Program-made: the position numbers and the translations under genes
Shown here: piece by piece, positions 1 to 12,500 of the stretch
Numbering within the stretch: position 1 is the stretch's first letter
Layout of the letters: each line of letters begins with the position of its first letter
The notes under the pieces: generated by a model
Seen by the model: the letters and a program-made list of their open reading frames with translations, nothing else
Database searches by the model: none
What the model was told of the DNA's origin: nothing
Assembly: GCA_030141605.1 (NCBI GenBank)
Contig: JAQGDQ010002366.1
Span: forward strand, 318,660 to 382,659
Length of the DNA: 64,000 nucleotides
Source of the DNA: Tubiluchus corallicola
Lineage: Eukaryota > Animalia > Priapulida
Direction of reading: 5' to 3'

Positions 1-900
1 CTACTTTACCTAACGGTCAATAAATGTTGTACTTTGTACAGATGAAATACAATACACTCATAAAGCACAAGTCTGACTATATTGACATTCTGTATCTTGG
101 CAACATAGCTGCATGCACAACTCTAATATACAAGCCCACTCAAGTTAACATAATGTTTAATTTATGCATTACCTAGTTACCATATACAGCCTGTAGTACA
201 ATAACTGATTAACAATGAAGGAGATAATGAATGTATTACACACAGAGAAATTATTAACTTATTATACAGGCAAAGTTTTTCCAGTCAAATGTGAACGTTC
301 ATAACATCATCATATATGTTATAGGCAATTCAGATGAGACCATACGATCTTTCTTATGACACCAAGAACTACTCATCCAAATTTAGACAATAATCAATTC
401 AAATTCGTCTTGATACATGAAAAATGACATAGGTCATACAAACGTGACAAAAGATTTGAAAATGAGAAGAATATTATTTCTATGATTTTTCAATTTCATA
501 GGTCCACATTTTTGCACAATAAATGCACACTTTTGCTATCTACTGCTTTAGCTTGATTTTCATAAAGTAAAACACAGCTGAAACTGATAAATGTTTGCAA
601 TTATGATCGTTGGCATTTTTGGTCTTGCTACCAAGAGTTCTTCCACTAGGCGAGAGAAATGGCTAGCATTTTACTGAATACACATGTAAAAAGGTGTTAC
701 CTTATTTATATATGCAAAGGACAGAAACCTACACCACTGCATGATACGATGAGATACTCAAGATTGATTGTACATAAGAATTTACAGTTCAATACAACAC
801 GTACAAAATATACTAAAAACAGACTTGAAGAAACCAAATTGAACAAGAAATTTTAAAAGCAATTAAAAAATATTACAATAGCTTTAATGTAATATATTAC

Positions 901-1096
901 CTGCTTCAAACGTTCCCCGGGATAAAGAGGAAATGGATCACGGGCTAAACGTACTTCCAGATCAGCATGCTGTAATCTAGCTTGCCCGAATTTGTCAAGC
1001 ACTGGTTTTCCATCCTTGTCAATAACAACAGGATTTTCTACGACACAGTAATGACGAGGTGGTACGACTACCATCTGCTCCGGACCCAGTAAAACT
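901..1096 (-). CDS. MVP: MVP second coding exon
   Basis: tttttag acceptor and CAG|gtaata donor; the frame is continuous with the previous exon. Confidence 0.94.
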
Positions 1097-2277
1097 CTAA
1101 AAAGTAATTTAAAGAATGGAGTATTTACATTTTTAAAATATTATATAAATCTTGCAAAATGCATACCAATCATGAGATCTACCTAAAAGTTGTTCAGTGA
1201 GGAAAGCAGGCACCTACACAAAATTTTAAAATTTATAAATATTGTGTTACAGTAGCTTTGCAAAATTAAGGAAGCACATTTCAGTGACACACGTTCCTCA
1301 TACGACAAGTTACATATACGAACTAGAATGGCACTTAGTAGACCACTGTCTCCGCCAAGGCTTGCAGAGTATAACACAGATACTTAGGTAAAGAGGTCGC
1401 TAGTTGTTCTGACGTCATCTCAATAACTATATAACAATATCTAATGATCTCACTGTATTGACCATTACCAAAACTAAAAATGTCCTTCCATGGCCCATGC
1501 CCAATCCCTCCAGAAATTTTTTTAGAAATGAGTTTAGTATTTTTACAAAATTCTGTTAATAAACAAATCAATAAATGATGATGAAAACATAACCTCCTTA
1601 GCAGAAAAATTATATGCAATATGCACAATTGACATGTCAATAATGTCATTCATAACAACATTCCTGAGTCATATACATAATATACAGTCATATTCATAAT
1701 AATAGTCATATACATTGTAACATGTATTGTAGTACAACAGTTAGTAGAGTTCTATTCAAGAGACACTGCTGAGTAAGCACAGTAACTTAAACACTAGACA
1801 ACGGGCCTTATCTCAGTATATCTCATGTCCCAAATCAGCAGACACATGTAATAAAATTCAACAAGAAGGATGACATAGAAAAATTAGTATACGCTCACAT
1901 TACTCTATGGATAAACAGTTAAATTAGCAGAAATGTAGAGTCTACAATTGATCCTATTAACTGGCTATACTTTTTATTAATAGCCAGAACCTGTATCTAA
2001 TAAACCCACTTGCTTACTAAAAAAATGATACATAAATAAATTTTCTACATGACTGGATTGAATACATTACATGCATCGCTTACAATGAAAGTTCAGACAA
2101 TAAGCAAATTACTAAGTTGCTATACCTTTCATTGTCTTGGCGAATGTAAGTTTTCGGGCCCAACTCGACACGTGTTATGTTACTGTTTAGATCAATTACA
2201 TGAAGATAATGATGTGGAGGAATACGGTAGACTGCCGAGTCATCCCGGTCACCTCCAGCACGTCCTTGCTTACTCAT
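901..2277 (-). CDS. MVP: Major vault protein, 5' partial (coding exons 2277-2126 and 1096-901; gene continues beyond the left edge)
   Basis: The spliced translation [51 protein letters not shown]|[23 protein letters not shown]...[27 protein letters not shown] matches the MVP N-terminus ([35 protein letters not shown]...PPRHYC...DPFPLYPGE). The intron 2125-1097 is GT-AG, phase 2. Confidence 0.96.
2126..2277 (-). CDS. MVP: MVP first coding exon
   Basis: Acceptor tttacag with exon start at 2286, ATG at 2277, donor AG|gtatag. Confidence 0.93.
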
Positions 2278-2574
2278 CTTCAATATCTGTAAAGAGGAGT
2301 AAGTTAATCATGGCAAACAACATGTGTCCACACTGGAAAATGAAAACTTAATAAAGCAAACTAACAGAATACCTAAGTAGAGTTGACAGTTTGCATTTGT
2401 AATATTTTTAATACAAATTATCCCAAACAAGAGCAGTGGCCACTCAGGTGAGGGGCTACAGCACTACCAATGCCAGACATGTGAGAAGCAAAAATAGCTC
2501 CAACTTTGCATCCCTTGCAACTAATTTACTAGTGAGGGTTTAGTTAACTACCTGATCACACAGGTTAATTCTTA

Positions 2575-2762
2575 ATGACAAGGAACAACAAATAAAAATC
2601 TCACAATTAAAAACAAGAAAAAAAGAAAAAAACACTTGTAATACGTAAAGCTACCACTTTTTTGTTCACCTAAAAAAGAACTACAGTGGTAGTTAGGAAC
2701 GTTGTGTTTATTCTTTCTTTTTCTTTGGTTTTAATTGTGGAATTTTTCATTCATTGGTCACT
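2575..2762. repeat. Palindromic (foldback) MITE-like element
   Basis: Imperfect inverted arms of about 90 bp (AAAAATCTCACAATTAAAAACAAGAAAA...CTACCACT versus AGTGGTAG...TTTTAATTGTGGAATTTTT). Confidence 0.55.
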
Positions 2763-3999
2763 ACTTGATGAGCAATGCAGTTGGAGTTTATGCAAAAACA
2801 AATTACTGGTGAGAATAAGCTAAAGAACTAGGCGGAAAATAACTGGATTTATTACCCATCTGAATCTACTCCGACTTTAAATAATAACTAAGACTACAGT
2901 GTATAAAAATCAGCAGCAAAACAGGACTCTGAGAAAGTTGTCAGCATTTGGAAACTGATGGAGACAAATGTTAAGAGCATTTTGAAGCCACTTTCCATAA
3001 ACTAAATACTGATAAGAAGCTGAATGGTCAAACTCACCATACGCATGTATGGGTCTACTTTAATAAGTATGGTTTTAAATTTATTTATAAGCAAAAGGTA
3101 TTTTAACTCATCTTTACCAAAGTGTGCCGAAAATGCGATTTCCAAAGCTGCTCTTAAGAGTGCTCAAGCACAGAGCCCAATGTCACATACTTACAGGACA
3201 TATTATAGACCCATACCATACATGATAAATGTGGGGCCATGTTGCATTGAAAGTTCAAAACACCACGCACATATTACTGCAGTGAACAAAGTAGAGCAAT
3301 AAAGATTATAAACATAGGCTACTACTGCAACAAACAAACCAAAACAATTAAAGTTTCACAAAATATTCAGATTTTGGCTCAGGCAGAGAGATGAACTTGT
3401 ATGGGCCTAAGCAGAAACGCAAAATGGAAAGAAAAAATGCAGAATGTGTGAACTAAAATAAACAAGGAGAATGAAATACCAGGGTGGTAGTAAGAGTAAT
3501 GAAATGATAGTGAAAGGAGAACTGATGATGAAAATTAAGATTAGATTCACATGAGAATGTAAGAGAAACAGATCAAATTAGGAGAGTGATTGCAAAACTC
3601 AGCATGGAGTTATACTAGGGACAACAGCCTTAACACTTCTTCTATACTTCTTGTTTTAATACTTCTTCTTTTTCTTCTTCATTCTTGTACAACATGTGAC
3701 TAATAGACTATTAATGGTTACCACGCATTACACTAAATGTGTTTTAGCACATGAAATTGTGCAATTTAGGTTATCATGCAATAGTTATCATTTAATATCA
3801 GATATTTTAGACTTTTCTATACTGGATGTGGCAGTATGCAGGCAACATTGCCAAAGAACTATGTATAACAACCGTTACAGTTACTGTCGAAGGATACAGG
3901 TTAAGCTGATAAATAGTTTACAAATAAACCTCTCTAATATTCTTTGGTTTCTATATTTGTGTATTAAAAGAAACAGCGGCATTCCATAATAACGGAATG

Positions 4000-4560
4000 T
4001 GCTGCAAGGCATCTTGCTGCCATTGAAGCAGTCCTGGATCACTAATCTTTTCTGGGTTATGCTGCCAATATCGATTTAATTGGGACCATATGCATTGAAA
4101 GAGTCTATCATTTTCTGTTCTATCTATTGGAGGCTGCTCTCTTCTTGATTTTGTAAGCATGCCATCTAGTACCATGGTATGTCAAAGATGGAAACATTTT
4201 GCTAGCATCAAAGTGATCGAAACCTTTTGAGATGTGGAAGGTTTGGATCAAATCCTGCCACATGCGCCTATATTTTAAAGTAGTTAGTCTTATTGTCTTG
4301 ATTCTCGTAGACTATGGTAGTCCGGAAACTGCCAGTGAACAGATTCAATTTTCTTATCATACCTTGCCTCACTCGATTACATCGCTATAATCCAAAATTG
4401 GCCTAGTCATTGACTTGTACCATTGCATCATCCTGGGCCCATCTAAATAACCTTACCTTAGGATATCTCAGGATTTTTTGGAAAAGTAAAAACTTCTAGC
4501 CAAATCTTGCACATTTGTCAGACATCAAATCCTCAACTGAGGCCTTATAATTGTAGACCA
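4000..4560 (-). mobile_element. CR1-type LINE 3' fragment
   Basis: The minus-strand translation RLTTLKYRRMWQDLIQTFHISKGFD resembles the CR1 ORF2 C-terminus (L.SL..RR.R.DLI..FKI..G). Degenerate. Confidence 0.6.
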
Positions 4561-4599
4561 GATCTCTCGAAGCCCAATGCTTATCCAGCCTTATTATTA

Positions 4600-6905
4600 T
4601 TTAATGTATTTATAATGGGTGCAGATACCACTTCATTTGTCAGACTAATCTAGGTGTTAAAGATCCTACTTGAAAAGCTGTGAAGACATACATATTTACT
4701 TGCTCTACTCTTATATAGCTTCAGATGATGTCCTCTTGTTGAACTTCTAGCAACCTCTGCACTCAGATGTTACTTGGGGCTAACAGCAGTGACATATTTT
4801 TGGCGCAGGATTTTATACATTTCTATCATATCTCCTCTAAGCCATCTGTAAGCCAGTGTAGGTAGTTTAGGTTACCTGAGTCTCTCTTCATATGGTAATC
4901 CTTTTAAGTCGGTCAAGGTTTTTGTAGCGTATCTCTGAACTTGTTCAATGCTATCAATTAAGCCAATCATAACAGGATGCCAAACCGAGCTAGAAAATTC
5001 AAGATGTGGCCCCATCAGCGCCTTGTATAACCAAACAAAGGTATCATGATCCATATTGATAAAATTTCTCTGTATTATTCCCATCACTGCTTTGGCAGTA
5101 CTGATTTTTTCTTAAACATGCCCCTTCAAAGTTAGCAGTCTGTCAAATGTTACTCGCACATCCTTTTGGATGTCACCCATGGAATCTGCTTGCAATCTCT
5201 CCCATAAATCAACTTATGCTCAGTAGCAGGATTGTCTTTTTACTACTTGTAATATTTATAGCTTTACATTTCTCACATGCACAACATTTATAACACACCT
5301 CACTCACATCTCACATCATCATCTCATTCACATCTCTCTTTACTCACTTTCTCCCATCTCTCTTTACAACACACATTTCTCAGTGTTGAAATTCAATAGA
5401 GAGTCTTGACTCCATTTTACCTTCCTGGTTGTTGAGATCCTCCTGGACAGCTTCCCTGTCTTCTTCTGATTGTATTACCCTGTACAGTTTAGTGTCATCT
5501 GCAAACATCAGTGTACTAGAGGCAATATTTGTTGGCAGCTCATTGATGGATATCAGAAAAATAGCACCGGGCCGAGGATACTTCCCTGTGGTAAACCACT
5601 ATGCACTGGCTGCTAACTTGAACTACTTTCTTGAACCATTACTTTCTGTTTTCTCTATTTCTCTATTGATAAAGGGTAACAATTTCTTTATTGATACAGT
5701 AGGATTCGAGTTTTCGAAGAAGTCTGAAATGCGGAACTCGGTCAAAAGCCTTTTCAAAATCTATGTAAATAGTATCCACTTCATCCCCATTATCTAGTGC
5801 TTCAGCCCATTTCTCCACAGCCAAGAAAACAACTGTAAACTAGTAGAACACCCAGGCAAAAAACCATACTGGTTGTTACATATAAGTCTGTTATTTGGCA
5901 AATAGTCCAGTATGTGGTCTCAGACAAACATTTCCATCACTTTACAGACTACGCTAGTTAGTGATACCGATCGGTAGTTACTTGCCATCTTTCTATTACC
6001 TTTTTTATGTATAGCTGATACTCTTGCATTTTTCCATGCTTACAGAATTTGACCTTGCGTTAATGACAAATTAAATAGTTTTGCTAGTGGTCCTTTTATT
6101 TCATCAGCCATTTCTTGTAATAGACGTGGATGCATACCATCCAATCCCTCTGATTTGGTCATATTGAGTCCCTTCATTTTCTCAAATACCATTTCCTCAG
6201 TGATAACTAGATTTCCCATAGGTGTTTCAGGCGTCATTAGTTGCAAACTTGCGATAGGTGTGGCAAGATCCTCTTGTACAAAGACACTACCAAAATATTC
6301 AGACAATGTTTTGTTTCTGATTTTTCCTCATTGCTAGTAGTTAAATCAGAGCTGTTATCATTTGGCATTTTGAAGAGTTCACCAATCCCTTCCTGGAGTT
6401 TATATTTAGACAATGCATTTCCACAGAGCCTTTGCATTATTTTTGGCATCATGTGCATTTTTTTTCATAATCTCTTCTCTGCTTCCCGATTTCGTGCTTT
6501 GTTATATTCTAATCTACTTTCATTAGAAAGAATTGCGCAATACCTTTTCCAGAGACATCTTTTCTTCTGCAAAAGCTGCCTACATTGTACATTCAGAGGT
6601 GCTTTATGTTTATTTCCCATTAGCAGAAGATTTCCTGATAAAGTTTGTCTTAAGTGTATTCTTCTGAATTACAAAATTGTCCTATTAACCAATATCTCCA
6701 TCTGATAAGTTCCAAAAAGCAGATTTAACTTCATCCCTAATGGCAGAAATGTCAGCTGTATTATAATTCCAATGCACCTGTGAGTTATGGGCCATTGCGA
6801 TTTGACATATAAAGCGAAAGCACAGAATTGAATAGTCACTTAATCCCAACGGACCTATATACATTAGTTCCTCAACCACTGCAGCGGCAAATAAGGGAAG
6901 TTTCA
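4600..6905 (-). mobile_element. Decayed CR1 LINE ORF2 (endonuclease C-terminus, RT, C-terminus)
   Basis: Fragments LGLSDYSILCF, KSEGLDGMHPRLLQE, NYRSVSLTSVVCKVME, FADDTKLY and LYKALMGPHLEFSSSVWHP...LPYEERL, with frameshifts and stops. Confidence 0.9.
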
Positions 6906-7410
6906 CTGAATAAGCATAAGCCTTCTGTGAGCTTTATTAACAGTATGATTAATGTGGCTTTGAAATTTAAGCATGTTGTCAACAATGATGCCCAAGTGTT
7001 TTTGCTCAGTGACATTTGTAGTTTCTACATGGCTTAGTCCTTGTGCTATAGCATACTTGTGATCTGCAACATCTGGTCTTCCAATGGTTAATAAATCACA
7101 CTTTTCAATATTAAAATTCATTTGCTATTGGTAACACCAATGATCTGCTCGATCAATACAACGTCCTGTTTTGCAAGTGCTCATTGTCCTTAGGACAACA
7201 AGCTTTATCATATATTTTTGTGTCGTGTGCAAATAAGCTGTTACCACATGCAGGTAAAGACTTCTAACAAATCACTTATGTAGATCGTGAATTGCACAGA
7301 ACACTGTCTTTTGATATACCACTGATGACATCTGCCCAACTTACTTGACGTCCATTGACTATAACACATTGTTTCGTCCCACAGAGAAAATTCCCAATCC
7401 ATTCAATTTC
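6903..7410 (-). mobile_element. CR1 RT fragment (separate copy)
   Basis: MNFNIEKC...EQKHLGIIVDNMLKFQSHINHTVNKAHRRL is the CR1 post-YADD region. Confidence 0.75.
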
Positions 7411-7590
7411 CAACTACACGTAAAGTAAAATTATAGTACCAGTTGATTAAATCTTTATTGCTTACCAACAAATCACTTGCAAACCGTAGTTAACAAGCAA
7501 TGGAATAAAACAGTAACCACACCACGAAACAACTTAAACAAAAACTACAGAAACACGATAACAACACAGTTGTAGGTTATTAAAACTCAC

Positions 7591-7645
7591 GTGTTTGCCG
7601 ATAAAAATTGCTTGTAAAGTCCGGTATGCGCACGCAAAGTCAGAA
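7591..7645 (-). other. MVP: Putative non-coding first exon of MVP
   Basis: The ATG-bearing exon starts with a splice acceptor, so an upstream exon is needed. There is a strong donor (AAACAC|GTGAGT) at 7590, at the edge of a CpG-retaining non-TE patch. The 5' end is approximate. Confidence 0.45.
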
Positions 7646-7960
7646 TCCCTCCATTATGGCGTGGGTAGAGGCTGGTAGAGGATAGAAGACGTTGTTTGGG
7701 GGATTAGACTACAGAAATTATGACAATGGCCACATGCAATTTTGATTTGATGAAATAAAAGGTATCTAAAATCTTGGTTTAAAAATCTTGTTTCAAAGAA
7801 ATTTCCCCTTGCGTGGTATTTATAATGCGCCATCGAGAAAAACCCTGAACCCACATTAAAAATGATATTCAGTGACTCACGTTTAAGTATATAGACAACA
7901 AATCGGATTTTACATAAGATGGTGCAATATATATGCGCGCAGACGCTTATTAAATTGTAA
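7640..7960 (-). promoter_or_regulatory. Putative MVP promoter
   Basis: CpG-richer patch upstream of the candidate exon, with a kB-like GGGGAAATTTC (7798-7808, minus) and an AP-1 TGACTCA (7873-7879). Confidence 0.35.
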
Positions 7961-8499
7961 TAGCCGCTCAGTTGCAGTACTACAAGCCATTACATCAAAA
8001 TAGATCATTGTTATTATTTGTATCGTAGTAATACATATTAAAACACGTTAGGTAGTTTCTTTAATTATTGAATTTCTTTAAGAACGTACAGTTTCTATAT
8101 TAAAATACATTATTAAAAATTAGCACTGACCATAAACATATTTACAAGTAGAGAACTAATTGGCCGGTAAATAATTTAAAACACATTAGTATTAAAAATG
8201 CAGGTTTTCAATGTAAAATTAATTGTATTGCCATGAAACCACTGCGCGAATCATTACAATTGATTCTGATTGATCACCTTGCATATAATTACGAATAACT
8301 ATATATTTGACTGGTTTTTTTAGTTAACTTACAATTACTAAATCCTACTTATATCCTAAGTTCTACACATTCCTCCAAAAGTCGGAGTGCCCGTGATAAT
8401 AAAGATTTACAATATACTTAATTGAAGATTCTTTGCTTATTATTATACACTTAAAATTAATGGTTAACATTGTCAACTCACTACAATTCGTTATAGGTA

Positions 8500-8843
8500 G
8501 CTTGTTGTGGGGTCAATAATACCGAATTTTAGAATTTAGAAATTGAATCGAATTCGAACTAAGTAGTAAAGATTTTCGAACTGCCAGTAAAAAGGCAGTG
8601 TTACACAAATCATGCATATTACCCGATTTTGTTCTGTAGTAAAACCACTAATAATTCGTTTAAAGATTAAGCACAGAAATCGCAACTAACTTGTGCTAAT
8701 TCATGATATTTCAAATGTTTTAATGATAAAGAACATATGTGGTTGAAGTGCTGAATCATTCGAATCTATAATTTTTGGTTCGAATCGAATTCGACTTAAA
8801 AAACTCATTCGAATCGAATTCAAACCTTCGATGCACACACCTA
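8500..8843. mobile_element. hAT-like MITE remnant with CGAAT subterminal repeats
   Basis: Clustered TTCGAATCGAATTCG repeats; the right end reads TAGGTGTGTGCA on the minus strand. Confidence 0.5.
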
Positions 8844-9589
8844 ACTATTATTACTAATGAAAAAAGCCATATATTGTAGGGGTGAGGTTCGAGAAAACAA
8901 ATAACATTTTGCTGTCGTCACAACATCAACTAAAAAACTAAAAAATTGTATTATAAGAATTTCTTGTGATTTTTTAAAGTCTGTTTTTAGTTTCCACCAT
9001 AATAAAACTGCGCAATGGCTGTTTGAAACATTATTTTTTCTCCTTTTCCTGGTTATCTTTAATTTTGGGATATTTAAATTTGTTATTACTGCTAATGTTG
9101 TTATTACAGCTAACGTCATAAGAATTAATTATTTTTGTGTTATCACTCAGTCACTGAATTATACTTATCAGATTCTGATCATTGTGTATTTCTATCCATG
9201 ACGCGGTTCCTCAATGGTCGCAATAGAAATTGCAATGCCAAACAAAAGATTACTCAGATTGGCTAGGATGAGCGTGTCAACGTTTCGAAAAGCGTTTTGT
9301 ACGTATCAAAAAATATTCCTGATGTTAAACGAATGGCAATATAATTACCTTCTTATGTTTCTTAAGAGGGCTTAAAAGTACGGAAGCCTGCACTTTCGCA
9401 TTTCTTTAAAGCTGGGATTTTGGGCTAGGTTTTTTATCGTAGATCGTCTAGGCGAAGCCTATGCGTAGGCTTTTTGCCCATAGTTGTTTCTCTGTTAAAC
9501 CTCTGTAAATTGTTTTATCACACGTTTTCTCTCTAGCATTTTACATTTATATTTTCTCTCTAAAGTTGTCTCTCAAGTGGACGTGCTGT

Positions 9590-12500
9590 CTAGCGGCAGT
9601 TGTCATGGTATGGTGAGGCAGCAATGTCAGTGGTGGTATGGCACACAGGTCAGATATGTTGGTTTATGATAAACGGAATGGTGTTGCAGAAGACTTGGAT
9701 TTTAAAACCGTTTAGAATCCACTCAGGCTTGAACAGATTGTGGAACCTCATTGGATGGTCTTCCAAAATCAATAGATGTCTAGTTTCTTCTTATATTGAT
9801 CTGCTGATGTGGTGCTCCATATCAATGAGGGAATTCTAATCATTTATCACTCTGTAAATGAATCTGTTCTTGTTTCTACATCTGGGCTTTGTAATCTTGT
9901 ATCCTGCTCCACATGGATTAACTAAAAAATATTTTCTGCTATCAATTCTTGTAAGGTTGTTGTATATATGCAGCATGATTTGGTCACCTCTTTTTCTTCT
10001 GCAACATATGGATGCCAAATTCAGTCTCTGCATTCTCTGTACATGTGTTAGATCTTTGATTGATGGTACTAATTTGGTGACCTTGTGTTGAATAGATTCT
10101 ACCTTATGTACTGCTTGAAGTTTGGATGGACATCAAATTACATCACAGTGGTCTAATGTTGGTCTTACGAATGTTTTATATAAAATGGCTGCCATATCAA
10201 TGTCCATATAGGTGAAACAGCACCTTATCATCCATAATCGTTTCCTAGCTCGTTTGGACATTTCGTCCATGTATTCATCAAATGTAAGAGACTTGTCAAA
10301 TTAAAACACTCAAGTTTCTGTTTTGTTACTGCTATTATTGGAACTGACTGATTTGCATCATTGCGTAGCCAGGAGTTACCTTGTCTTTCCCTAGATGTAG
10401 AACCTTACACTTTTCCACGTTGAAAGGCATTTGCCAAGTTTGTAACCGTGGAGGTCATTTTGGAATCTATGGTAGTCAATATTTGACTTCAGTATCCTGT
10501 AGATTTTGGTATCATCAGCAAGCATTTTCAGTGATAAATTTAAATTGTCTGATACATCGTTGATTAACATAAGGAATGGTATAGGCCCTAATACACTTCC
10601 CTGTGGCACTAGGCTCCTAACGGGTCTCCATGAAGGTTTCTCAGAGTTTATTCTAATGCATTGTGAGCGGTCTTTAAGAAAGTCTTCTGTCCAGTGGTAG
10701 AGATTGCCAGTGATGCCATGGGTGGCAAGTTTTAACTTTCTGTGTGGAACTTTCTGCAAATCGTAAAATATTACGTCAACAGAAAATCCTTTGTCCAGAG
10801 CTTCTTGCCAGTCATTTAAAGACTCAAGTAGGTTTAAAATGTAGGAAATTCCTTTTATGAATCCATATTGAGAGGGTAATATGGCTCATTGATACCTAGA
10901 TGGTCATAAATAGTATTTCTAATTACTTAAGAAATTTACATATAATTGATGTAAATTTACATTTACATTTACATATAAGCTTATCGGTCTATAGTTAATT
11001 TTTAGTTCACTCTTTCTTAAAAATTGGAGACTCAGTTGAATTCTTCCATACTTGTGGTAATTTGCTCTCACTAATTGACTTTCTTTTAAAAATAATACTA
11101 ATAGTGTTGTTAAATTTGCTACTAATTGTTTTTTTTTGCAAATGGGTAAATACCATCTTGTGCCATGGAGGAATCAGCTTTGAGATCAATTATGGCTTTG
11201 GATACATTCTCTTCAGTAATGCAAACAGTGTTGATCAGTGTGTTCGTACGGGTGACTGGTACAGCAGCTCGATCATCTTCTTCCATGAAAACACTAAAGA
11301 AATGTTCGTTAAGTAGTTCAGCTGTGCATGCATCATCAACAACTTCCTCTCCATTTTCCTTTAATGTAGGGACCTTGTCACGTTTCTTTAAATTGTTGTT
11401 GACATACTCCCAGAAGCATTTGGGATGCGATTTTATTGACATTGCTAATCGTTTTTCGTAATTTTTTGCTTTTCTTATAGTTTGAGTGGTAGTATTTCTT
11501 TATCGAGCGTACAAGTTGAAACTAGTAAGATCTCACCTAGCACAGTATAATCTCCATTTAGCACGTTTGGATTTTACAGCTTGAAGAGCTTCTTTTGTCA
11601 TCTAGGCTGGTTTGAGTTTACCGGTTTTACTCGACATAGTTACAGGTGTAAACTGGTTCATTGTTTCCATAAATTGGTAAAAAAAGTTGTTGTTGTTAGA
11701 TTAGGCTTATATGTTATTGCTTCCTCCTAGTTTGATTGCAAGAATATGTTATTCAATTAGCCGTAGTTTGCTTTAAAAAAATTCTTTCCAGAAAAATGAG
11801 CTTGAGTGTTTGTACTACATCTGTACATGTGTCAAAATTTAAGATGTTATGGTCAGCTTTTCCAAGTGGTTTGTTAACATTTACATCACAAACAAGTTCT
11901 GGATCATTTGTAAAAATTAAAGAGGGAATATCATGAAAATCAAGTTAAGCTTATTTTATAGTTGCCCGTGAACAACTTGGTGAATTTTTTTAGCAGTACG
12001 TTGTCTAATTAATGAGTAATTAACTTTTTTGTATCTTGCGGGAAATACTATGGAGCTGCACTTACGCCTCTCTCGGTGAAAAAAATTGAACTAGCGCAGC
12101 TCTGCTGATAACGTAGTAGAGTGTACCCGTGATACTGTCGTATGCAACTGGGCTAAAAATAAAGCTGTTATTACTACATTACAGCATTTGACCTTGCGTC
12201 GGATAGGTAGCCAGCTCATAGAAACGATTGTCGTTGTGCTCAGTCACATTTTCATCAAATTCTGCAAAAGCTATATTCTAATAAATGTGTAAACAATCAT
12301 TGCGCAAAGTAGACTGGCCTACAGCATATTGTGAAAATTCTTGTGGCATTATTGAAAATATTGTCAGCAGTACAAGCTGCAGAAGTGTGGGCCTTGGTAA
12401 CAAAAGTTCTTTTCTTGTAAAACAAGTCCGATAAAGTAACTTCATTCTGCTAGAAGAATTAATGAATTTGTAAACACTGAAGCATAATTATAATGCTAGT

